Shown: in pieces, positions 1-9,173 of the stretch
Layout of the letters: each line of letters starts with the position of its first letter
Numbering within the stretch: the first letter of the stretch is position 1
Virus record (IMG/VR): IMGVR_UViG_3300042516_005631
Span: 1-64,000 of that record
Source: a virus
Reading direction: 5' to 3' (one strand)
DNA length: 64,000 bases
Translations under genes and position numbers: made by a program
The notes under the pieces: generated by a model
The model's database searches: none
The model's input: the letters and a program-made list of their open reading frames with translations, nothing else
Told to the model about the DNA's origin: nothing

Positions 1-310
1 CTTCTAAATTAAGCAAAGTGCTTTCTTGCCCAGTTACAATTAAATATATTTCGGCGTTGTTTGTTTTAGATAGATTGGTTAATCTAACATATTTTACAGA
101 AGATTTTACAAATGCTCCACCTGTTTGTTCTTCTTCACTATTAACAAAACGTAAAATTTCAACACCCGAACCACTAAATGTAGTAGGGATAGTATCAATA
201 CGTCTAACTATTTGGTTAATATTAGAGATTGTTACTAGGTTATGCGTTTTCTCCTGGTTTTGGTTTGGGAGGGTGATTTCTTCTGTAATGGTTACGTATA
301 AATTAGCCAT
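1..310 (-). CDS. Partial virion-associated protein downstream of the major capsid gene (runs off the window)
   Basis: Not in ORF track; hand translation from ATG at 310 gives MANLYVTITEEITLPNQNQEKTHNLVTISNINQIVRRID... open to position 1; late-type motif ATATGTATA at 321-329. Confidence 0.8.
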   Translation of the reverse strand, partial: MANLYVTITEEITLPNQNQEKTHNLVTISNINQIVRRIDTIPTTFSGSGVEILRFVNSEEEQTGGAFVKSSVKYVRLTNLSKTNNAEIYLIVTGQESTLLNLE

Positions 311-340
311 TTAATTTTATTATACATATTATCATATTAT

Positions 341-380
341 AAAAAAATAAAAAAGCCCCGCTTTATAAGCGAGGCTCTTT
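341..380 (-). terminator. Intrinsic terminator after major capsid gene
   Basis: Minus strand AGCCTCGCTT-ATA-AAGCGGGGCT hairpin followed by a long T run. Confidence 0.85.
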
Positions 381-401
381 ATTTTCGGTTGACCGTTACT
401 C

Positions 402-2081
402 TTATAGAGTGTTCAAATCACTAACCCAAATACGACCGTAGAATTCAGGACGGATCATTTTCTTAGCGTAACGAGTCAATAGACCTTTTCTTGGTGTGAA
501 AGTGTCTGGATCGTACACTAATGGAGTCATGATTAGAGGTACATATGGAGCGAATACAGCACCAGTTTCAAGGAATTGAGATCCTCTATAACCCATCAAA
601 ATTACATTTTCAGTCATGTATGGGTTTTTGTATACTGTATAACGGTTGTTCAAGTTACCTGATTTTTGGATACCAAATGCATAGCTTGCTTTTGTTACAT
701 CACCATCAGAAGATGAAGCAAATCCTGGGATTGATTCAAGGATAGTTGCTACTGAAGGAGAACATACTAGGAAGTTTGCACCACCACGTAATGTCTTTTG
801 GTGAATTTTGTTAGAAACTTTCTGCATTTTAGTTCCCAAAGTTTGGAACCACTGACCTTGTGTGTTGTAGAAGTTCAAATCAGATGCCCAAGCTGTTTTA
901 CCTGCATTCAAGTAATTGTTGTTTTTAGCTGACCAATATTCATCCCATGCAGAAGCATCTTGAATCAACATATCTAAGTTTTCTAGATCAATTTCTAGAG
1001 CAATGTACTCAGACATGATTGAAGTCAATTCAGCTTCAGCATCTAGTGATTGGTAAGCATTCAAATCTTGAGCGAATTCTGGTGTCCATTGTGCTTTCAA
1101 TTTTCTTGTTTTAGCAACAATAGCTTCAGATTTCATTTTGATATCGATTTGTGGGATAGCTAACGCATCAGCAGAAGTTGATTCAGCATTTGGATAACCA
1201 GCACCGCTGTTATCTTCGAAATCACCTCTAAAGTTATCAGCTGGTTGCATGTTGTAGAAAATAGATGAAGAAACACCTGCAGCTGGGATATCAGCTGAAC
1301 CTACAGCACCACTATAGATAAATGTGATTGCATTAGTACCATTTGTAGAAGTGTATTGTGGTAACAATTTAGCTGCAGTAGCTGAAGTTAAAACTGAACC
1401 AGAGGCTAATACGAATGCTCTAACACCTTTATAATCAGGGCGAGTTAATTGGCCAGTTACAGTTACAGCTGTATAACTACCAGTTGTTGAAGCTAATTCA
1501 GCAGTATATTCTAATTGAGCCCAAGATGCTGTTGCTACAGTTACACCTACAGAAGCTGAGAATTGGTTGATTGAATAAGCAAATCTACCAGCACCATATA
1601 AACCGCTAGAAGCATCAGCATTAGCACCAGGATTTGTGTTACCGTACATAGAAGATGAAGCAGCGTAAACATCTGCACCTGGTCCGAATTGAGTTGGAGA
1701 TCCAGCTTTAGCTGAAGCACCATATTGGAAATCCAAGAAGAATACAAGACCTGAAGGTAGATTCATTGGTTGTACTGACATGAATTCTTTAGTTGATAAA
1801 GAACCAAATACTTTACGTACCAATGGAAGAGCTACACCAGCCCATTGCTCACCTTGTCCTACGTTGAATGTACCACCACCTACGTTTGTAGAAGATTGTT
1901 CAACAACAAGTTGTTTTGCTTGGTTTTCGAGGATCAAAGCCATGTTGTTTTTTTCAACTTCGCTTCCTAGTCCTTCTAATAGGCCTGTTTTAGACCATTT
2001 GCTAGCCATACGTGCAGCATCACTCTGCATGTTTCTCCATCCGTTGGCTGAGCTTTCTAAAAGAGAATTAATACTTGACAT
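402..2081 (-). CDS. gp23: Major capsid protein, T4 gp23-like
   Basis: Motifs SVQPMNLPSGLVF, AKTRKLKAQWTPEFAQDL, DAEAELTSIMSEYIALEID, FAPYVPL, PRKGLLTRYA; follows scaffold and protease. Confidence 0.97.
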   Translation of the reverse strand: MSSINSLLESSANGWRNMQSDAARMASKWSKTGLLEGLGSEVEKNNMALILENQAKQLVVEQSSTNVGGGTFNVGQGEQWAGVALPLVRKVFGSLSTKEFMSVQPMNLPSGLVFFLDFQYGASAKAGSPTQFGPGADVYAASSSMYGNTNPGANADASSGLYGAGRFAYSINQFSASVGVTVATASWAQLEYTAELASTTGSYTAVTVTGQLTRPDYKGVRAFVLASGSVLTSATAAKLLPQYTSTNGTNAITFIYSGAVGSADIPAAGVSSSIFYNMQPADNFRGDFEDNSGAGYPNAESTSADALAIPQIDIKMKSEAIVAKTRKLKAQWTPEFAQDLNAYQSLDAEAELTSIMSEYIALEIDLENLDMLIQDASAWDEYWSAKNNNYLNAGKTAWASDLNFYNTQGQWFQTLGTKMQKVSNKIHQKTLRGGANFLVCSPSVATILESIPGFASSSDGDVTKASYAFGIQKSGNLNNRYTVYKNPYMTENVILMGYRGSQFLETGAVFAPYVPLIMTPLVYDPDTFTPRKGLLTRYAKKMIRPEFYGRIWVSDLNTL

Positions 2082-2113
2082 TTTGTTTTGTTTTTTGTTT
2101 TTAAATTAGTTAA

Positions 2114-3544
2114 TTAAATTAATCCAGCCAATTTTTGCATTCTTGCGAATACATCGTTTGACTCTACGATTGGTTGTTTTGTGGTAGGAGTAACAGTTGA
2201 TTTTGAAGCTCTACCTAGGTTTTCTTTAATAGTATTTTTAGCAACTTTAATTCCCTCATTTAAAGTTTCATATACCATTTTTACTTCACCTACGTTTTTA
2301 GCTTTGTCAAATGAACTTAATACTTTTACCTTTTGATTTTCGTTTAAGTTTTTAGCTTTGAAGATTTTGTTTGAGTAAAGCAACTTAGCGTTTAGTAAAT
2401 TGATTTCGTTGATTTCAGCTTTCAAAGTTTCAATTGTAGAAAGAGCTTCATTTAGTTCTTCATCCATCTTTTTCAATTGATATTCTTTAGAAGAAATATC
2501 TTGTCCTTTAGAGTATGATTTTATAGCACCTCCTAAAGCACCTACAGTACCACCGATAAGAGAAACTATACCACCTACAACATTTGGATTAATATTAATA
2601 AGATCACCTACTTTTGCTGAGACAACTTCACCTAGATCTTGATTTAGACCATAAATTAATGAAGCCATACCTAATACTGCGGCACTGATACCTAATTTGG
2701 TTGCTACTTTCCAGATTCTTTGGTCTTTTTTAAGATTTTCGATATCTTGTTTTACAACAGCTTTAAGATCTTCACCTTCAGCTTCAGATATAGTATCATC
2801 TTCTGCTTCTTCTTCACCAGCGGCAGCTACGCCAGCTATTTCTTCTTTACTTACTTCACCACTTTTAACGGCTGCTGCAAGTTTTTTAATTGCTGCTTCT
2901 ACTTCAGATCCTGATGGTAATCCTGATCCTGCTGCTTCGTCTACTTCTTCCATTTCTTCAATTTCTCTTAATAATTCTGCTAAATCTACTTCTTCTTCCT
3001 CTTCTTCAGCGTCCATTTCCATTTCTTCACCTTCTTCTTCGCCTTCTTCGCTTTCGAATTCAGGTCCTGCTTCCAACTCACCGTCTTTAATCATTTGTGC
3101 GATTACGTCTTCAATCATGTCCTTAATTTCATCGTCCGAAAGGTCTCCCATTTCCATGTCGCCTTCACTTTCTTCTTCTTCGCCTTCTTCTTCGGCTTCG
3201 TAAAGGTTTTCGCCTTCTCCTTCTTCTACTTCATCACCTTCTTCTAATTCTAGCTCTGCTAAAAGCTCTTCCAAATCAACTTCCATCATTTCATCTTTTT
3301 CTTCGTCTAAAGCTTTTTCGTCCATTCCAACACCAAATCCTTCTTCTGAATCTGCTGTGGCTTTTCCGAATCCTTCTTCTTCAAGATCTTCTTTTTCCAT
3401 TTCTTGAAGTTTTAAAGATAACATTGATTTCAATTGAGGTGTAAAGGCTTCTTCAAGAGCTGCTTTTGCGTTTGCTATAGCCATTTCTTTTACAGCTTTA
3501 GCTTCAGCGATTGCTTCTTTAAGCATTTCTCTGTTTTTTGCCAT
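2114..3544 (-). CDS. Prohead scaffold/core protein (acidic, coiled coil)
   Basis: Directly upstream of MCP, very Glu-rich, many LxE sites, C-terminal coiled coil ending RMQKLAGLI. Confidence 0.8.
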   Translation of the reverse strand: MAKNREMLKEAIAEAKAVKEMAIANAKAALEEAFTPQLKSMLSLKLQEMEKEDLEEEGFGKATADSEEGFGVGMDEKALDEEKDEMMEVDLEELLAELELEEGDEVEEGEGENLYEAEEEGEEEESEGDMEMGDLSDDEIKDMIEDVIAQMIKDGELEAGPEFESEEGEEEGEEMEMDAEEEEEEVDLAELLREIEEMEEVDEAAGSGLPSGSEVEAAIKKLAAAVKSGEVSKEEIAGVAAAGEEEAEDDTISEAEGEDLKAVVKQDIENLKKDQRIWKVATKLGISAAVLGMASLIYGLNQDLGEVVSAKVGDLININPNVVGGIVSLIGGTVGALGGAIKSYSKGQDISSKEYQLKKMDEELNEALSTIETLKAEINEINLLNAKLLYSNKIFKAKNLNENQKVKVLSSFDKAKNVGEVKMVYETLNEGIKVAKNTIKENLGRASKSTVTPTTKQPIVESNDVFARMQKLAGLI

Positions 3545-3685
3545 TTTTCCTAAATTTATTTTTTGTTGGGAAAGTACGTTTATTTAAAAAACGTAATAGA
3601 ATTCATTTAATTGATACCACATATATTGAGGGTGGTGGTATATTCCATTATATGTATGTATAAAACCGTTCAAAGTCGTAGAAAA

Positions 3686-3710
3686 CAAAAAAAGCTCTCA
3701 AAATGAGAGC
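3686..3710 (-). terminator. Intrinsic terminator
   Basis: Minus strand GCTCTCA-TTT-TGAGAGC followed by T7. Confidence 0.7.
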
Positions 3711-3734
3711 AATTTCTGTACCGGTTTGCATATT

Positions 3735-3992
3735 TTAAAATATTTTTTTCAGGATACTTATTAAATCAATAACATCATTTGTAATTTGTTCTTCATATTT
3801 TGAATTAGTTTCAATTCCAGGAAGATAATAATTAGACATATAATATGCTATTTCATTATCGAATAAATCTTGGATAAGTTTTTTAGTAACGTCGTTTAAT
3901 TTATTTGATTTTCTTAATTGAACAATTAAAGATTCCAAATATGATATAGCATTGTCTATATCTTTGTTTTCTTCATTAATATCAAACATCAT
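3735..3992 (-). CDS. Hypothetical protein
   Basis: 85-aa ORF overlapping the upstream ORF; followed by terminator. Confidence 0.6.
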   Translation of the reverse strand: MMFDINEENKDIDNAISYLESLIVQLRKSNKLNDVTKKLIQDLFDNEIAYYMSNYYLPGIETNSKYEEQITNDVIDLISILKKIF

Positions 3993-4167
3993 ACCCTTGG
4001 TCTTTTAAATGTTGTTTGATTAAATCACATTTTTTAGATATTTTATTTGATAAATTCATTAAATCTAATTCCTGGGATTGAGTTTTATATTCTTCTTCAG
4101 TAATTAATCCTGCAAGTTTTTGCATATGAAGAAATTCCTGGGTTAATTTTGGTTGATTTTGGTCCAT
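3982..4167 (-). CDS. Small protein with scaffold-like MQKLAGLI motif
   Basis: 61-aa ORF with late motif at 4176-4184; motif identical to scaffold C-terminus. Confidence 0.7.
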   Translation of the reverse strand: MDQNQPKLTQEFLHMQKLAGLITEEEYKTQSQELDLMNLSNKISKKCDLIKQHLKDQGYDV

Positions 4168-4174
4168 ATTTTAT

Positions 4175-4852
4175 TTATAAATATTTACTTCCTTTACTTC
4201 TATTATCTGAGTGGTATAAAGGTTGGGTATTTGAATAATGGAAGCATTCTTTTTGTTGGTTTGGGTCGGTTAAATCAAAAGAAGCACATGGTTTGATATG
4301 GTCTATTTCCCATAACATTCCATGATTTTCCCATGTCATATCATGTTTAAATTGTTGTTCAATATGTTGTTTATAGAATTCAATATCACATCCTATCAGA
4401 TCAATAGCAGAGTGAAATTTGTTTACTTTTCCTCCAGTTGTATGTCTTTTAATAGCATCTAAATATCTTCCTCTCAAAATTTGTTTTATTTTATATTGTG
4501 GATCTATTTGACGTCTAATTTTATTACGGTTATTTTGCTGTCCAGTTTGTTGTTGATATTGGTTCCATTTAATATTAAAACATATCTTACACAAACTAGT
4601 AACCCCAAATCGACCATTTTTTTGTGGTTTAAATTCAGATAACATCAATGTTTTTTCACAACAAGTACAGGTTTTATATCCTTCAGGAATAGGATTATTT
4701 AAACGTGGAGATTTTTTTGAATGATAATGTTTATTATGGTGGACATAACAACACTGTTTACATTCCCTTTGAAGACCATCTTTACGGGTTTTATTTTTCC
4801 CGTAATTATCAATTGATTTTTCTATTTTACAAGTAGGACAAAGTTTTACCAT
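4175..4852 (-). CDS. HNH homing endonuclease with N-terminal CxxC zinc ribbons
   Basis: Two CxxC..CxxC repeats plus WEIDHIKPCASF...HYSNTQPL...NRSKG HNH motif; own late motif at 4862-4870. Confidence 0.85.
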   Translation of the reverse strand: MVKLCPTCKIEKSIDNYGKNKTRKDGLQRECKQCCYVHHNKHYHSKKSPRLNNPIPEGYKTCTCCEKTLMLSEFKPQKNGRFGVTSLCKICFNIKWNQYQQQTGQQNNRNKIRRQIDPQYKIKQILRGRYLDAIKRHTTGGKVNKFHSAIDLIGCDIEFYKQHIEQQFKHDMTWENHGMLWEIDHIKPCASFDLTDPNQQKECFHYSNTQPLYHSDNRSKGSKYL

Positions 4853-4898
4853 ACGTTTTATTATACATATGGTAAAGACTTTGAAGAGTTAATTTGGA

Positions 4899-5531
4899 TC
4901 AGAAAATAGGGCAAGATCCTTTTGCGCAAAGAATTTCTGTTATTATCGAATTTGTGCGTGCGTAAGGATCTAGATATGTTGTTCTAGATTCATTTAATTG
5001 TCCATTACGCATCCAAGAGTCAGGATTAGAAGGGTTTGAAACTAAATCAAAAGTCAATAATTCAAAATCATCTTGTACTTCCATCACCTCACCCATTTGT
5101 TTGAGTGAACCCATTCCGCGAGATGAAATACCAATAGTTAAACCATTGTTAACTAAAGCACCTGCTATGCGGCCAGATACTGTTCCTTTTGGTCCTGGGT
5201 CGGAAAATATTTCAACTGTCCCCCATATCTCATCACCATCCCACCATATTTTTCTAATGGCGTGGGAAGCGTTTTTTAAGTTAATTACTTGGGAATCTGG
5301 GTGGTCTAATTCACCGCATGTTTCTGTGGTTTTTTGGTTTATTTTTTGTTGGAAGTTTTCAATTTCACGTTCCCACAACTCACGTTTGTAGTATCTTCCG
5401 TTACCGTTTTTTACCTCAACGGTAGCTAAAATACCTTCAACAAAGATGTTTCCATTACCTTTTAGCCCTTCTAAAAGGCGAACTGGTTGGGGAACAAAAT
5501 GTCTAGTCTCTATTAAAAGATGTTTATCCAT
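4899..5531 (-). CDS. gp21: Prohead maturation protease, T4 gp21-like
   Basis: KNGNGRYY, GELDHP, SHAI, GISSRGMGS, FDLVSNPS motifs. Confidence 0.95.
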   Translation of the reverse strand: MDKHLLIETRHFVPQPVRLLEGLKGNGNIFVEGILATVEVKNGNGRYYKRELWEREIENFQQKINQKTTETCGELDHPDSQVINLKNASHAIRKIWWDGDEIWGTVEIFSDPGPKGTVSGRIAGALVNNGLTIGISSRGMGSLKQMGEVMEVQDDFELLTFDLVSNPSNPDSWMRNGQLNESRTTYLDPYARTNSIITEILCAKGSCPIF

Positions 5532-5533
5532 GT

Positions 5534-7114
5534 TTAGTAATTTTCATCGTATGACATTTCCTCACCCATCATATTATCATCTAGGGGCATTTCTTCCATC
5601 ATGTCATCTTCAGTTTCGTCAATTACTTCTTTTTTCTTGCCTTTAGTTTTGCTAAGCATTTTTTCAACTTTTGATTTTGCTTGCTCTAGTTTTTTGATAT
5701 CTTTTTCAAGTTCTTTAACTTTTTTCTTGTCAGTTAAAGCTTTCATATCTTCATCCTCATCAAGTTTACCAAGTTGAGATTGTTTTTTATCGATCAATTC
5801 TTGAATTTTATCTAGTTTAGATTGTAAAATTTCTTGTTCTGCTTCTTTGTTAATTGCAGCTAAATCTTTTTCAACACTTTCACGTAAAGATTCTAATGTA
5901 TCTTCTTTTACTTCTTTTTTAGGGTTTGGTATAAAAAATGAAAGTCTTCCTTCTCTACCTACATTAACATTATTTAAAAGTGTATAATCGTCAGTTCCAC
6001 CTTCCCTTGTTGGAAGAGTAATTTTACCTCCAATATTATTAGCAGTATTTAAGAAACCTACAAACATTGGGTTGATATCGTATGGTAATTTTTTTAAGTT
6101 TTGTGGAGACAATAATCTAGAACGAATAGCAATTCCTGTAATTTGTTCTGGGTCTTTAGGGTCTTTTAATATTCTTAAGTGTTGGTTTTTCTTGAGTAGT
6201 TCTTCTGTTGCACCTTTAAGGTAAACATACATATCTTGTGGGTCTCTCTCTTCTCTTTCTTTATCGCTTGTTTTTGGACGAATAATAGTAGTCATTTGAG
6301 TAGCCTCTTCTAATTCAGCATCAATCATTTCTTGAATTGCTTTACGTAAAGTAATTTCTTCAAGTGATTCGCCGGCTTCTTTTCTACGTTTTAATTCCTC
6401 TTCGCGTTTTGCTTTTAATTTAGCTTTAATTTCCTCGTCACTGAATTTTTTAGATGGTTCTTTTTTAAATTCATCTTTCCAACTTTCTTTTTCCTCGTTT
6501 AAATTACCGTAGCCAGAAGATTTATATTTTCCAGTTGCTTCTTTTGGTGTACCTAAACCAGGTGCTTCAGTTGTGTATCCTAAATCTTTAACACCAAATT
6601 GACCATCTTTTGTATAGTGAATTGGATCTTTTGCTAAATTTTTCAATACAATATCTTTCAATTGCTGCATTGTTTTATCAGCATTTTTAGGATCTTTCAT
6701 TTCAGTATAATAACCCATCATGATTTGACCGAATATCAAATTGTCAGGATTTTTATCGTCTTTGTTATCAAAGTTATGTTCAAGATCTTTTTCTACAGGT
6801 TTAGAGACTTTTTTCTCCTCTGCTTTTACTTTTTCGTCTTCGTTTTCTTTTTTCTTTCTAGCTTCAGCTAAAAATGCCTCAAATGCAGTTTCGTATGTTT
6901 CCTTTTTTCTCGGCTCATATCCAGCAACAGCACTTAAACCAATTACATTTTCTGAAATTATGTTTTTGGTTTTTAAAGATGCAGTAGCTTCCTCAAATGT
7001 AGCATGATTTGGTACAATATTTGGGAATTGACGTTTAGCATCTGCAAGGAAAACACCTTTATGTCCTTTACCTTCTTTAATTAATAGATACTGATCTTGT
7101 AATGTTTTTTTCAT
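5534..7114 (-). CDS. Head-module protein, probable internal/core protein
   Basis: Charged 526-aa ORF between portal and protease, many L/I-x-E sites, C-terminal coiled coil. Confidence 0.65.
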   Translation of the reverse strand: MKKTLQDQYLLIKEGKGHKGVFLADAKRQFPNIVPNHATFEEATASLKTKNIISENVIGLSAVAGYEPRKKETYETAFEAFLAEARKKKENEDEKVKAEEKKVSKPVEKDLEHNFDNKDDKNPDNLIFGQIMMGYYTEMKDPKNADKTMQQLKDIVLKNLAKDPIHYTKDGQFGVKDLGYTTEAPGLGTPKEATGKYKSSGYGNLNEEKESWKDEFKKEPSKKFSDEEIKAKLKAKREEELKRRKEAGESLEEITLRKAIQEMIDAELEEATQMTTIIRPKTSDKEREERDPQDMYVYLKGATEELLKKNQHLRILKDPKDPEQITGIAIRSRLLSPQNLKKLPYDINPMFVGFLNTANNIGGKITLPTREGGTDDYTLLNNVNVGREGRLSFFIPNPKKEVKEDTLESLRESVEKDLAAINKEAEQEILQSKLDKIQELIDKKQSQLGKLDEDEDMKALTDKKKVKELEKDIKKLEQAKSKVEKMLSKTKGKKKEVIDETEDDMMEEMPLDDNMMGEEMSYDENY

Positions 7115-7566
7115 TGTTTTTGTTTTAATAAATCTACTGCTTTTTGAATGTATGCTAAAACCATTGAAGATGGTTTATAGATGTCATATGATCCTGGGTT
7201 AGCAGCATAATATTCTATGGTTTCGTTTTTTGCGTTTGATATAAGTGGGGATATTTCTTTAATTAAAGTTTCAATTTGTTCAAATTCTTTAACTCTGTCA
7301 TCTTGAAATTTATCTGCTCCTGTTTTTTCTTTTTCCTCTTCCCACAATTTTTTAATATCGTAAGATTTTGGTTTAATATTCGGAACATTTTTAAATCCCA
7401 ACTTATAATAATAAATATTCTTAGCTCCTTTAGCGTTTTTATTTTTGTTAAATGCCTTTGGAGTAGCATAGCCTTCTCCTTGCCCAGCAGTAAAAGAAGC
7501 ACCACCAACATTAGTAGCGCTCATTTCTTTGAGTTTTTTACGAATTATTTCTTTTAACTTATCCAT
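7111..7566 (-). CDS. Head-module hypothetical protein
   Basis: Coupled to neighbours; leader MDKLKEIIRKKLKE; GEGYATPKAF motif. Confidence 0.7.
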   Translation of the reverse strand: MDKLKEIIRKKLKEMSATNVGGASFTAGQGEGYATPKAFNKNKNAKGAKNIYYYKLGFKNVPNIKPKSYDIKKLWEEEKEKTGADKFQDDRVKEFEQIETLIKEISPLISNAKNETIEYYAANPGSYDIYKPSSMVLAYIQKAVDLLKQKQ

Positions 7567-8416
7567 TTACAGCTTCTAGTTCATTAATTAGATCACAATA
7601 CTGCAACAAATCAACTAAATCATTGTCTGTTATTTTAGCATTTTTTAATGGTGGGTTAATTACAGATATAATTTCGTTAATTTTAATTTGGGTAACTGGG
7701 TTTTTTGTTTTCTTGTTTAGATTTTTTAGTTCAGTTTTAATCTCGTTTATTTTGTTTGTATAAAATTCTTTTAAACGAGGTGTATTATCTATTGAATTGA
7801 TATATTCTTTTAAAATGAGTTTTTGGTTTAAACTCAAATCATCGTATTTGTTATTAAATTTCTCCATTAATATTTTGTATGCAAGAAACTTAACATCTTT
7901 ATCTGATTTTTCTATTTCCTCTAGTACTTCATCCTTTGCAGCATTTCCTTTGATTTGAGCTGCTGTTAAATGCTCTAAAATAGTTATTTTATTTGAAATA
8001 GATTGTTCAGGGTTAGTTGGAGTTGTGGAATGTGTGATTTCTAGCAATGTATAGAAAGCAGCATATACTTTATAATTAGGTAATTTATGATTAAAAAATG
8101 TATTTAAATCATAGTGTTTTTGGATTTCACTAATTAGATTGTATTTTTGTCTTTTAAGTACTCCTCTATTTAATGCTTTAGAAGAATCAACTAAAGTAGA
8201 AACCACAACATTAGCTTTTGCTTCAGTTAAAGTGGTTTTCTTTAATAAAGTTTCATATAACTTGTACTCACGACCTAATTCCGTTTTAACGAAATACTTT
8301 TTAAGTATATCTTTTGCCGGGGAATCCTTACCATCTAGTGTGTCTGTGGTTATTTGACGAACTAAAAGTTCAAAAAGTATACCCGTATTTTTATATTTTG
8401 AATGACGAATTAACAT
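7559..8416 (-). CDS. Head-module hypothetical protein (portal-adjacent)
   Basis: 285-aa helical ORF starting MLIRHSKYKNTGILFELLVRQIT; head operon context. Confidence 0.75.
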   Translation of the reverse strand: MLIRHSKYKNTGILFELLVRQITTDTLDGKDSPAKDILKKYFVKTELGREYKLYETLLKKTTLTEAKANVVVSTLVDSSKALNRGVLKRQKYNLISEIQKHYDLNTFFNHKLPNYKVYAAFYTLLEITHSTTPTNPEQSISNKITILEHLTAAQIKGNAAKDEVLEEIEKSDKDVKFLAYKILMEKFNNKYDDLSLNQKLILKEYINSIDNTPRLKEFYTNKINEIKTELKNLNKKTKNPVTQIKINEIISVINPPLKNAKITDNDLVDLLQYCDLINELEAVNG

Positions 8417-8419
8417 ATT

Positions 8420-9139
8420 TTATTTTTTCCAAATGTATTTGTATGCTGTTTTTCTTTTTCCATTAACACATTCTGTTATAGCAGGGATACCATTAGGTTT
8501 ATTAATAAATATAGCAGCTTCTGTTATAGAGGGAAAAGTTTTAATTAAATTATTATTTAAGTCGTATTGTGTAATAGGTGTTTTTTTTAAAGAAGGTTTT
8601 CCTTTTTTTGAATCACTAATTTTTTGTGATCTTTCATTGTTATTTATCAACCATGGGAGAGTTCCTCTTTCTTTTCCTTTTTTACTTTGAGATTGAGATT
8701 CACACCATTGTAAAGATTTTTTAATTCCTTTTTTACAACCTGCTTTTCCTTTTAAATATGAATAATCTCTATTATTATGGGATAATTTCATATTATTTTT
8801 AGCTTGTTCTGTTTTAGGTTTACTTTTTTTAATTTTAGTTTCAAGGGAATCTTTTCTACCGTATTGACCATCACCTCCATCAGTAAGATTAGTTAATATT
8901 CCTTGATTTTTATCTTTTCTACCATATAATGATATGAATTCTTTTTCTTTTTGACAAGCTTCTTCCCAAGTTAAATCATCTAATATTATTTCAATTTTAT
9001 ATTCTTGTTTATATGCTATATCTTTCCAAGAATATGATCTTCCTTTTTTATTATATGCCCTTTTATATTTTTTATCACTCCCAATTCCTATATAAAAAGG
9101 AATATTTTCAGAAGTAACATGTCTATAAATATAAGCCAT
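8420..9139 (-). CDS. GIY-YIG-type homing endonuclease with NUMOD3/NUMOD1-like DNA-binding repeats
   Basis: AYIYRH...PFYIGIG, LTNLTDGGDG, KISDSKKGK, C-terminal FPSITEAA...TAYKYIWK. Confidence 0.85.
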   Translation of the reverse strand: MAYIYRHVTSENIPFYIGIGSDKKYKRAYNKKGRSYSWKDIAYKQEYKIEIILDDLTWEEACQKEKEFISLYGRKDKNQGILTNLTDGGDGQYGRKDSLETKIKKSKPKTEQAKNNMKLSHNNRDYSYLKGKAGCKKGIKKSLQWCESQSQSKKGKERGTLPWLINNNERSQKISDSKKGKPSLKKTPITQYDLNNNLIKTFPSITEAAIFINKPNGIPAITECVNGKRKTAYKYIWKK

Positions 9140-9173
9140 AATGTTTGTTTATTTATAAATATATGAAAATTTG

